This document shows positions 8,112-16,346 of a stretch of DNA of 64,000 bases, piece after piece (the first letter of the stretch is position 1; each line of letters begins with the position of its first letter). Under the pieces are notes generated by a model. That model was not told the origin of the DNA, searched no databases, and was given only the letters and a program-made list of their open reading frames with translations. The DNA is from Bacteroidota bacterium (GTDB taxonomy: Bacteria; Bacteroidota; Bacteroidia; Bacteroidales; VadinHA17), in the NCBI GenBank assembly GCA_022561875.1, contig JADFQJ010000003.1, forward strand, positions 56,397 through 120,396, in the 5' to 3' direction. A program made the translations under genes and the position numbers.

Positions 8112-9329
8112 ATGAATTATTCAAAAATAGCATGGCGTAACCTTTGGAGGAATAAGAAAAGGAGTCTGATTACTATTTCATCAGTCTTTTTCGGGGTGTT
8201 GTTTTCAATTTCTCTAACATCATTGCAGGAGGGGTCTTTTGCAAATATGATCGATAATATTGTAAATTTCTATTCAGGATATATACAGATTCAGGATAAA
8301 GAATACATGGAGAACAATACTATAAACCATAGTTTTGTTCCTCCGTCATTTTTTCTAAAGAAAATTTCAGAGAATAAAACAATTAGCAATTTTTCAAAAC
8401 GGCTTCAGATATTTGCTTTGGCTTCTTCAGGCGATGAAAGTCAGGGAGTTATGATCACCGGAATTGAACCTGAAAAAGAAAATAGTCTTTCCGGACTGTC
8501 AAAATGGGTTATACAGGGAAAATTTCTGGAACAGGGAGATAAAGGTATCCTGTTGGGGAATCTTTTAGCTGAAAAATTAAATGTGGAAATCGGAGATTCG
8601 ATTATTATTATTGGCCCTGGCTATCATGGCATAAGTTCAGCCGGATTATTCCCGGTTAAAGGGTTATTGTCATTTCCAATGATGGAATTAAATAAAATGG
8701 CAATATATCTTGAGCTGGAAAATTGTCAGCAACTTTTCAGTGCAGATAACAGGGTTACAAATATTATTATTAACCTGCCGGATTACACACATTTAGAGAG
8801 AGTAAAATCTGAACTTCAAATGGATGTGCCGGATGAACTTACAGTGCTTTCCTGGGAGGAAATGAATGAAGAAATTACACAGTTCATTGACGGGAAAAGA
8901 TACAGTGCTGTCATATTTAAAGGAATTTTATTTATGATAATTGGCTTTGGCATACTGGGGACAGTGATAATGCTAATAGCTGAAAGGAAAAGGGAATTAG
9001 GAGTAATGAATGCCCTGGGAATGAAGAAACACAGAATTACCAGTGTTCTGTTTCTTGAGCTTCTTTTTACAGGTTTAACTGGGGTCCTGTTTAGTGTAGC
9101 TGTTACTTTTCCTGTGATACTGCATTTTCTTAAAAATCCTATTCCCATTGGAGGTGAAATGGGGGTTGCTTTTCAGGATATGGGGTTTGAACCGGTAATT
9201 GAATTCAGTGGCCAGGGCTGGGTGTTTTACAAACCGGCAATTACTGTTTTTATCCTTACCGTTATTATTTCAATCTACATAGTTTATGCAATTAAACGAT
9301 TAAAAACAGTTGATGCTTTAAGAACTTGA
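8112..9329 (+). CDS. ABC transporter permease, FtsX/MacB/LolE type (copy 1)
   Basis: IAWRNLWRNKKRS N-terminus, TM1, a large periplasmic domain and C-terminal FtsX TM bundle (ERKRELGVMNALGM). Confidence 0.85.
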   Translation: MNYSKIAWRNLWRNKKRSLITISSVFFGVLFSISLTSLQEGSFANMIDNIVNFYSGYIQIQDKEYMENNTINHSFVPPSFFLKKISENKTISNFSKRLQIFALASSGDESQGVMITGIEPEKENSLSGLSKWVIQGKFLEQGDKGILLGNLLAEKLNVEIGDSIIIIGPGYHGISSAGLFPVKGLLSFPMMELNKMAIYLELENCQQLFSADNRVTNIIINLPDYTHLERVKSELQMDVPDELTVLSWEEMNEEITQFIDGKRYSAVIFKGILFMIIGFGILGTVIMLIAERKRELGVMNALGMKKHRITSVLFLELLFTGLTGVLFSVAVTFPVILHFLKNPIPIGGEMGVAFQDMGFEPVIEFSGQGWVFYKPAITVFILTVIISIYIVYAIKRLKTVDALRT

Positions 9330-9339
9330 AAACATACTT

Positions 9340-10554
9340 ATGAATAATTTAAAAATAGCATGGCGTAACCTTTGGAGAAACAAAAGAAGAACCGTGGTCA
9401 CTTCAGCATCCATATTTTTCGGTGTGATCTTCGCAACCATAATGACCTCAATGCAGGAAGGTTCATATGATACAATGGTGGATAATATAGTTAAGTTTTA
9501 TTCGGGATATATACAGGTGTTTAATGAGAATTATTGGGAAAATAAAACCATTAATAACACGTATGAAATAACCGATTCGCTACTAAAAAAGATTGAAAAT
9601 GTTGAAGAAATAACTCATTTTTCACCAAGGCTCGAATCGTTTGCCCTGGCATCATCATCGGATATTACTAAAGGAGCTCTGGTTATTGGGATTGACCCTG
9701 AAAAAGAGGATCAGGTAACCGAAGTGAGTAAATGGTTGAAAAAAGGAAGTTATTTGAAACCGGGCGACCAGGGCATTCTTCTGGGAATGGACTTTGCAAA
9801 GTATTTACAACTTGATGTAAACGACACGCTTATTATGCTTGGGCAGGGTTTTCATGGGATAAGTGCAGCCGGGATTTTTCCTGTCAGGGGAATACTGGAG
9901 TTTTCATCACCCGAACTAAACAAAGTGATATATATGGAGCTGGCATCCTGCCAGGAGTTTTATTCAGCTTACAATCGTGTAACTTCACTCGTAATTATGC
10001 TGAAAGATCATTACGATATACCCGTTGCATTAAAAAAAATGAAAGAATCTATACATGCTCCTTACGATGTAATGACCTGGGAAGAGATGCTGCCCGAGCT
10101 TGTTCAGATGATTGAAGCCGATCGTGCAGGAGGCGTTGTTATGAAAGTCATATTATACATGATAATTGGCTTTGGTATTTTCGGGACCATTATGATGATG
10201 GTCCAGGAACGGAGAAGGGAAATGGGTGTGATGGTAGCTATTGGAATGCAGCGTATAAAACTTGGTAATATTCTTTTTCTCGAAACAATATTGATAGGTT
10301 TTATTGGGGCTTTCACAGGTATTTTCGGGAGTCTTCCGATAATCGGCTATTATTACAATAACCCAATAAGACTCACAGGGGAAGCTGCAAAAGCAATGAT
10401 CGATATGGGAATCGAGCCGTTAATGACATTTTCATGGATGCCCCCCATATTTTATAATCAGGCTTTAACGGTTTTTATATTGACATTGTTGATTGGTATC
10501 TATCCTGTGTATAAGACGCTAAAACTAAGAATCGACCAGGCATTACGTGCCTGA
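9340..10554 (+). CDS. ABC transporter permease, FtsX/MacB/LolE type (copy 2, close paralog of copy 1)
   Basis: IAWRNLWRNKRRT..., DNIVKFYSGYIQV..., ERRREMGVMVAIGM. Collinear with 8112-9329. Confidence 0.85.
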   Translation: MNNLKIAWRNLWRNKRRTVVTSASIFFGVIFATIMTSMQEGSYDTMVDNIVKFYSGYIQVFNENYWENKTINNTYEITDSLLKKIENVEEITHFSPRLESFALASSSDITKGALVIGIDPEKEDQVTEVSKWLKKGSYLKPGDQGILLGMDFAKYLQLDVNDTLIMLGQGFHGISAAGIFPVRGILEFSSPELNKVIYMELASCQEFYSAYNRVTSLVIMLKDHYDIPVALKKMKESIHAPYDVMTWEEMLPELVQMIEADRAGGVVMKVILYMIIGFGIFGTIMMMVQERRREMGVMVAIGMQRIKLGNILFLETILIGFIGAFTGIFGSLPIIGYYYNNPIRLTGEAAKAMIDMGIEPLMTFSWMPPIFYNQALTVFILTLLIGIYPVYKTLKLRIDQALRA

Positions 10555-10610
10555 GAATAGATGACGACGGTAATTTGTTTCTTAATGTTAAATCGTATAA
10601 ATATAAAATC

Positions 10611-11828
10611 ATGATCTTTTCAATTTCCTGGAGAAATATCTGGAGAAATAAAGTCCGGAGCCTGGTGATCATCACTGCCGTGGCTTTGGGAATTTGTGCC
10701 GGAGTGTTTTCAACTGCCTTTATGAAGGGGATGATGGATCAGCGGATCCGGCAGGCTATTTCAACCGAGATCTCACATATACAAATCCACCGGCAAGGCT
10801 ACAGGCAAGAAAGCAGTTTGCAGCTTTACATGAACGAATCGCCAGCTGTGGTGGAACAAATAAAAAAAATAAATCATGTCAAAGGAGCGAGTCAGAGGAT
10901 CATTATTCAATCGATGGTCTCTTCTGCTGAAACCTCATCAGGTGTAAAGATCGCAGGGATCTATCCCGAAAACGAACAAAATGTCACTAACCTGAGTACG
11001 AAAATTGTTGAAGGAAAATATTTCGAGGGTGTACCCAGAAACCCGGTTGTTATTGGCAAGAAGCTGGCTGAAAAGCTCAATGTAAAGTTGCATTCGAAAA
11101 TTGTCATCACACTGCAGGATATGGATAAAAACATAACGGCAGGTGCATTCCGGATAGCAGGGCTTTTTGAAACACCAAATTCAACCTACGACAAAATGAG
11201 TGTATTCGTCAGGTATAATGATCTCTCACGGTTATTGAATCTGCCGGAAGGTGCAAGCCACGAAATTGCAATACTTGTTGACGATAACGAGATGGTATCC
11301 TCTGTTCAGGACGAGGTGAAAGCTTTAGTTGCTGATTATGAAGTCCTGAACTGGAAGGAAATTAGTCCTGAAATGGGTTACATAACTGAAGTTATGGACA
11401 TGTATATGTATATTTTTATTATAATCATCTTACTTGCTTTGTTGTTTGGTATCATTAATACAATGCTAATGGTAATACTCGAAAGAGTAAAAGAGATTGG
11501 AATGCTTCTGGCTGTGGGGATGAATAAATTAAGAGTGTTTACAATGATCGTGGTTGAAACCGTGCAGTTATCCCTGGTGGGGGGTGTTGCAGGGATGGTC
11601 GTCGGTAGTTTGATATCGAAATATTTTGAAACTCATGCAATAAACCTTTCCAGATGGGCAAAAGGATATTCCCAGCTCGGGTATGACACTATGGTTTATT
11701 GCAATCTTGAATCCGAAATGATTATAAATATTACCATCCTTGTGATTCTTACAGGAATCATAGCTGCCATTTATCCGGCATATAAAGCATTGAAATATGA
11801 TCCGGCAGAGGCATTACGAATGGAATAG
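10611..11828 (+). CDS. ABC transporter permease, FtsX/LolE type (copy 3, divergent)
   Basis: ISWRNIWRNKVRS..., ERVKEIGMLLAVGM. Start set at ATG 10611 (the ORF-track start 10575 is a TTG). Confidence 0.85.
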   Translation: MIFSISWRNIWRNKVRSLVIITAVALGICAGVFSTAFMKGMMDQRIRQAISTEISHIQIHRQGYRQESSLQLYMNESPAVVEQIKKINHVKGASQRIIIQSMVSSAETSSGVKIAGIYPENEQNVTNLSTKIVEGKYFEGVPRNPVVIGKKLAEKLNVKLHSKIVITLQDMDKNITAGAFRIAGLFETPNSTYDKMSVFVRYNDLSRLLNLPEGASHEIAILVDDNEMVSSVQDEVKALVADYEVLNWKEISPEMGYITEVMDMYMYIFIIIILLALLFGIINTMLMVILERVKEIGMLLAVGMNKLRVFTMIVVETVQLSLVGGVAGMVVGSLISKYFETHAINLSRWAKGYSQLGYDTMVYCNLESEMIINITILVILTGIIAAIYPAYKALKYDPAEALRME

Positions 11829-11843
11829 AATAATAAAAAAAAT

Positions 11844-11983
11844 CAGTCGGCAGTCAACAGTCGGCAATTTGCAATCGGTAGTCAACAACTGGTAGTAATA
11901 AAAAGAAAACAATTATAAAATAATAAAAAACGGGAAAAATCACATTAAAATTACACAGTCTTCTGTTTGCCGACTGCTGACTG
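11844..11983. repeat. heptad array (CAGTCGG type) with an inverted partner about 100 nt away
   Basis: 11844-11899 reads CAGTCGG CAGTCAA CAGTCGG CAATTTG CAATCGG TAGTCAA CAACTGG TAGTAAT. TTGCCGACTGCTGACTG at 11967-11983 is the reverse complement of CAGTCAACAGTCGGCAA with one mismatch. Confidence 0.85.
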
Positions 11984-12083
11984 AAGATTGCAGACTTAAA
12001 AATACAAAGTATAATAAGATTAGCCATTTTAGGCATTACAAACTTACGACACTGAATATTTATAAAATTTTAAACACAACATT

Positions 12084-12767
12084 ATGAGCATTATAGAGAT
12101 TAAAAACCTGACAAAAATCTATGACGGTTCTGGCTTTGAGGTAAAAGCCGTTAACGGAATTAACCTGAGCTTTGAGAAGGGAGAATTTGCTGCTATAGTT
12201 GGTCCTTCAGGCTCTGGAAAAACCACACTGCTTAACATGCTGGGAGGATTAGACCATCCAACCTCAGGCGAAGTGATTGTTGATGGTCAGAATATCTGGA
12301 AACTTAAGTCCAGGAAATTAACTGATTTCAGGTTGTACAACATTGGCTTCGTATTTCAGGCATATAACCTTATACCTGTGCTGACAGCAAAAGAAAATGT
12401 AGAGTTTATTATGCACCTGCAGGGCAGAAGCAAGAAAGAACGCGACAGCCGTACCAGGGAACTGATGCAGGCTGTCGGACTTGAAGAACGAATGAACAGC
12501 CGTCCGTCTAAGTTGTCCGGGGGACAACAGCAAAGAGTTGCTGTTGCACGCGCACTGGCATCTAAACCAAAATTTATCCTGGCTGATGAACCAACAGCTA
12601 ACCTGGATTCAAAGTCAACGGAAACTTTACTTGATATAATGGAACACCTTAATAAAGAAGAGGATATCACTTTTATATTTTCCACTCACGATGCCAGGGT
12701 AGTGAAGAAAGCCAGAAGAGTTATTACCATCGAAGACGGGAAAGTTAAGTCTGATGAGGTACGGTAA
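12084..12767 (+). CDS. ABC transporter ATP-binding protein (LolD/MacB-type)
   Basis: Walker A GPSGSGKTT, signature LSGGQQQRVAVARAL, Walker B ILADEPT. Confidence 0.95.
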   Translation: MSIIEIKNLTKIYDGSGFEVKAVNGINLSFEKGEFAAIVGPSGSGKTTLLNMLGGLDHPTSGEVIVDGQNIWKLKSRKLTDFRLYNIGFVFQAYNLIPVLTAKENVEFIMHLQGRSKKERDSRTRELMQAVGLEERMNSRPSKLSGGQQQRVAVARALASKPKFILADEPTANLDSKSTETLLDIMEHLNKEEDITFIFSTHDARVVKKARRVITIEDGKVKSDEVR

Positions 12768-12795
12768 TGTCATGTTAACATAATAATATTGTAAA

Positions 12796-12970
12796 GTTGG
12801 CAAAATGCAAAAGGCAGTTGGCAAATTGGAAAGGATAGTTGGTAAAATGCAAAAGGCAGTTGGCAAATTGGAAGGATAGTTGGCAAGAATGCAAAGAGCA
12901 GTTGGCAAATTGGAGGCAAATTGCGGAAAACAGTTGGCAAAATTGCAATTGGTAAAAGGTAAAATAAATT
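12796..12970. repeat. 42/41-bp tandem repeat (about 3 units plus a degenerate tail), each unit built from six NNNNGCA-type heptads
   Basis: Unit 1 at 12796-12837 is GTTGGCAAAATGCAAAAGGCAGTTGGCAAATTGGAAAGGATA. Unit 2 is 12838-12878. Unit 3 starts at 12879 and decays towards 12970. Confidence 0.9.
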
Positions 12971-12992
12971 TCAAATTGCAAAAACAGGAAAT

Positions 12993-13202
12993 ATGGCTGG
13001 AAGTTTTAGGGATTTAACAGTTTTTAAAAAAGCATTTGCTTTGTCAATGGATGTTTTTAATATTATAAATAAATTCCCTTCCAAAGAAAAGTTTGAATTA
13101 ACAGACCAAATCAGAAGATCCTCCCGTGCTGTTTGTCGGGCAATTGGAGAAGGGTATAGAAAACGGCAATATCCAAAACATTTTTCAAGTAAAATGCTTT
13201 AA
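12993..13202 (+). pseudogene. four-helix-bundle protein (23S rRNA intervening-sequence protein family), C-terminally truncated
   Basis: FRDLTVFKKAFALSMDVFNIINKFPSKEKFELTDQIRRSSRAVCRAIGEGYRKRQYPKHF matches the N-terminal half of this family. It has only 69 codons, and its stop lies 2 nt before the next ATG. Confidence 0.6.
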
Positions 13203-13204
13203 AC

Positions 13205-14368
13205 ATGAAATCCTACCGGTCAGTTATACTGATATTTATACTCTTCATGCTTGTTAACAGATCTTTTGCACAAAACAATTTTTTTTCTTTCAAAGGGTAC
13301 CTTAGCAATATGCAGACAGTTATGTTTGAAAAGATTGATGAAAACTGGCTTTCAGATCATTTAATACATAACAGACTGAATTTCAAATGGTATATTTCTG
13401 ATAACGCTACTGCCACTGTAGAAATGAGAAACCGTTTTATTTATGGTGATTTTATGAAAATAATTCCCGGGTATAGCGCTATAATCGAACAGGATCAGGG
13501 GTGGATGAATTTATCCGTCAACCTGCTGGAAGAGAATTCATTCTTATTGAACAGTAACATCGATCGTGCATATCTGGATTTATTTTTCGGGAAATTGCAA
13601 ATACGGACAGGCAGGCAGCGGATCAACTGGGGGCGGACCTTTGCCTGGAACCCTAATGATATTTTCAATGCGTATTCGTTTTTCGATTTCGATTATGTTG
13701 AAAAACCGGGAAGTGATGCCGTTCTCGTACAATATTATACGGGATTTTCATCCGTTGCGCAGGCAGCTGTGAAAATCGACAGAAATGATAAGGTTACTGC
13801 AGCCGGTCTTTTCCAATTCAATAAATGGGGATATGATTTTCAGTTCCTGGGCGGAATATTAAACAGTGATGACTGGGTAATAGGTGCAGGATGGGAAGGA
13901 GATATCAGTGGCGCCGGGTTTAGAGGCGAAATGAGCTGGTTCCGGGCGAAAGATAATTTTTCAGACACCTCCGGAACCATTATGCTCTCTCTTTCAGGGG
14001 ATTATACGTTTAAAAATTCTTTGAATATCCGGACTGAATTCTTGTATAACGGTTTCGATCAGACAACATCTGGTTTCAGCGATTATTATTTTCAGACACT
14101 TTCGGTAAAAAATATTTCATTTACTGATTATTCCGTTTTTACCGGGATATCTTATCCTTTTAACCCCCTTTTTAACGGAAGTTTTTCTTTCATGCTGTTT
14201 CCTTCCATGAATGGTTATTATATCGGGCCTGATCTGAGCCTGTCACTGACTGATAATATGGGTATTTCATTTATCCTGCAACATTTCAGCGGAGAATTCA
14301 CTGAAGGAACCAGGGAAAAACTGACGTTTGCATTCCTGCGATTAAAATGGAGTTTTGCAAAAAAATAG
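13205..14368 (+). CDS. hypothetical outer-membrane protein (probable beta-barrel)
   Basis: Signal peptide (LFMLVNRSFAQN) and an aromatic-rich alternating pattern throughout. Last gene of the ABC cluster. Confidence 0.55.
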   Translation: MKSYRSVILIFILFMLVNRSFAQNNFFSFKGYLSNMQTVMFEKIDENWLSDHLIHNRLNFKWYISDNATATVEMRNRFIYGDFMKIIPGYSAIIEQDQGWMNLSVNLLEENSFLLNSNIDRAYLDLFFGKLQIRTGRQRINWGRTFAWNPNDIFNAYSFFDFDYVEKPGSDAVLVQYYTGFSSVAQAAVKIDRNDKVTAAGLFQFNKWGYDFQFLGGILNSDDWVIGAGWEGDISGAGFRGEMSWFRAKDNFSDTSGTIMLSLSGDYTFKNSLNIRTEFLYNGFDQTTSGFSDYYFQTLSVKNISFTDYSVFTGISYPFNPLFNGSFSFMLFPSMNGYYIGPDLSLSLTDNMGISFILQHFSGEFTEGTREKLTFAFLRLKWSFAKK

Positions 14369-14582
14369 CATAATAATAACGTTATTCTTTTATCTAAAAC
14401 GTATAACTTATACTTAAACCAACGACCTGATATACCAACCATGGTTTTTTTCAATTCTTTTTATGATTTACTAAAAATGGTAAATTGATACGATAGAGAT
14501 TTCTATAATTATTGAATTACCGGATTTTTTCTACTTTTAACATGCAGCTTAAGGCAATATGATTTTAATACCTGTTAAATAA

Positions 14583-16220
14583 ATGATTTACGATTATATT
14601 GTAGTCGGGTCCGGTTTTGGGGGAAGTGTTGCATCATTGAGACTGGCTGAAAAAGGATATTCGGTATTAACCATTGAGAAAGGTAAGAGATACCGGAGTG
14701 AAGACTTTCCTGAGACAAACTGGAATTTACCAAAACATCTCTGGTATCCACGGATAGGGATGTTCGGCATTCTGAAACTATCCTTTTTTTCGGAAGCAAG
14801 CATACTCAGTGGTGTGGGAGTTGGAGGTGGTAGTCTTGTTTATGCCAATACCCTGGTTAAGCCCCCTGATGAATTTTTTCAAAACCCTTCATGGTCAGAA
14901 TTTAAAGATTGGAAAAAAATTCTTGAGCCATATTATGAAACGGCAGGTTTTATGCTGGGAAGAAAAAAATATGATAAACTGAACTATGAAGATGAGATTT
15001 TAAAAGAAGTAGCAAAGGATTTTAACAGGGAAGACACTTTTGAAGCTGTTCATGTTGGAGTATATTTTGGTGATAAGGAAAATGAAATTGATCCCTATTT
15101 TAACGGCTTGGGTCCGAAAAGAAAAGGGTGTACCGAATGTGCGGGCTGTATGGTTGGATGCAGGGATAATGCAAAAAATTCTCTTGATAAAAACTATCTC
15201 TATTTTGCTGAGAAAATGGGTGTTTTTATTCAGGCTGAAACGAAGGTTGAAAAAATTATTTGTAAGGATAATTTATATCATGTTTTCACTTATTCAGGCG
15301 CCTCTTTATTTAAGAAAAAACCAACAGTTTACAGATCAAAAGGACTAGTTATTTCAGGTGGAACACTTGGTACCTTAGACTTGTTGTTAAAACAGAAGTA
15401 CAAGTATAAAACCATGCCGGCTATTTCTGAAAAACTCGGATATGAATTACGTACAAATTCACAGACATTATGTGCTGTTTCAGGGGCAAAAGAAAAACTA
15501 AATAATGGAATTGCAATTACATCGGTTTTTAATCCCGATTCTCATACCCATGTTGAAATAGTCAAATATCCCGATAAATCGAATGCAATGAAATGGTTTT
15601 TTACCCTTTCAGCAGAAGGGAATACAAACCCCCTGATAAGAGTTTTCAAATTATTTTATAAAACACTTACACACCCTCTGCAATTCATTAAAACTGTTTT
15701 TAATTTCAACTGGTCTGCAAACCTTATAGTATTTCTGGTTATGCAAACAATCGATAATTCTATGCAGATGATATGGACCGGAAATGTATTTGGCGGGAGA
15801 ATTAAAATAAGAAACAGGGGAGAGAAAAAGGTTCCTGCATATATTGCCCAGGGACAGAAAGTGATGGAAAATTACGCAAAAAAAGTGCATGGAATTCCAC
15901 AGAATATAATATTAGAGATATTTTTAAACCGACCTACCACAGCACATATTATTGGAGGATGTCCTATGTCAGACTCAGCCGAATCGGGGGTGGTTAACGA
16001 AAAATTTGAAGTTCATGGCTATGACAACATGTATATTATTGATGGTTCGGTAATTCAGGGAAACCTTGGTATGAATCCCGCGTATACAATCACCGCGATA
16101 GCTGAGTATGCCATGGATCAAATTCCCGGAAAGCCGGGGAACAGGACAATTTCAGTACTGGAACAAATGAAAATAATCAGTCGGCAGTCACGGGAAAAAA
16201 GGCAAAAGCTTGCCACGTGA
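14583..16220 (+). CDS. GMC family FAD-dependent oxidoreductase (cholesterol/long-chain-alcohol oxidase-like)
   Basis: N-terminal FAD fold DYIVVGSGFGGSVASLRLAEKGYSVLTIEKG and a C-terminal GMC motif region (HIIGGCPM..., NMYIIDGSVIQGNLGMNP). The last ~15 codons read into a repeat patch. Confidence 0.8.
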   Translation: MIYDYIVVGSGFGGSVASLRLAEKGYSVLTIEKGKRYRSEDFPETNWNLPKHLWYPRIGMFGILKLSFFSEASILSGVGVGGGSLVYANTLVKPPDEFFQNPSWSEFKDWKKILEPYYETAGFMLGRKKYDKLNYEDEILKEVAKDFNREDTFEAVHVGVYFGDKENEIDPYFNGLGPKRKGCTECAGCMVGCRDNAKNSLDKNYLYFAEKMGVFIQAETKVEKIICKDNLYHVFTYSGASLFKKKPTVYRSKGLVISGGTLGTLDLLLKQKYKYKTMPAISEKLGYELRTNSQTLCAVSGAKEKLNNGIAITSVFNPDSHTHVEIVKYPDKSNAMKWFFTLSAEGNTNPLIRVFKLFYKTLTHPLQFIKTVFNFNWSANLIVFLVMQTIDNSMQMIWTGNVFGGRIKIRNRGEKKVPAYIAQGQKVMENYAKKVHGIPQNIILEIFLNRPTTAHIIGGCPMSDSAESGVVNEKFEVHGYDNMYIIDGSVIQGNLGMNPAYTITAIAEYAMDQIPGKPGNRTISVLEQMKIISRQSREKRQKLAT

Positions 16221-16279
16221 AATGCGACGAAGGAGCATATTTCACTGTGGGCAGTCGGCAGTCCACAGTCGGCAAAAAT
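16176..16279. repeat. CAGTCGG-type heptad arrays flanking a 7-bp hairpin, overlapping the 3' end of the GMC oxidoreductase ORF
   Basis: CAGTCGGCAGTCAC at 16178-16191, hairpin GTGAAAT...ATTTCAC at 16217-16245, and CAGTCGG CAGTCCA CAGTCGG CAAAAAT at 16252-16279. Confidence 0.8.
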
Positions 16280-16346
16280 GAAAATAACAATAAATATTTT
16301 ATCATTCCAAACTTATGACACTGAATAGTTACTAATCAAAAGTTCA

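Noticed and set aside
12796-12970. Possible CRISPR array (regularly spaced repeats).
   Set aside because: The units are contiguous 41-42 bp tandem copies with no unique spacers, are made of 7-nt sub-repeats, and have no cas genes nearby. This is a tandem repeat, not a CRISPR array.
12627-12981. Minus-strand ORFs of 115 and 68 aa with repetitive peptides (SNLPTAFCILPT...).
   Set aside because: They are translations of the tandem repeat. One overlaps the 3' end of the ABC ATPase gene, and neither has independent coding evidence.
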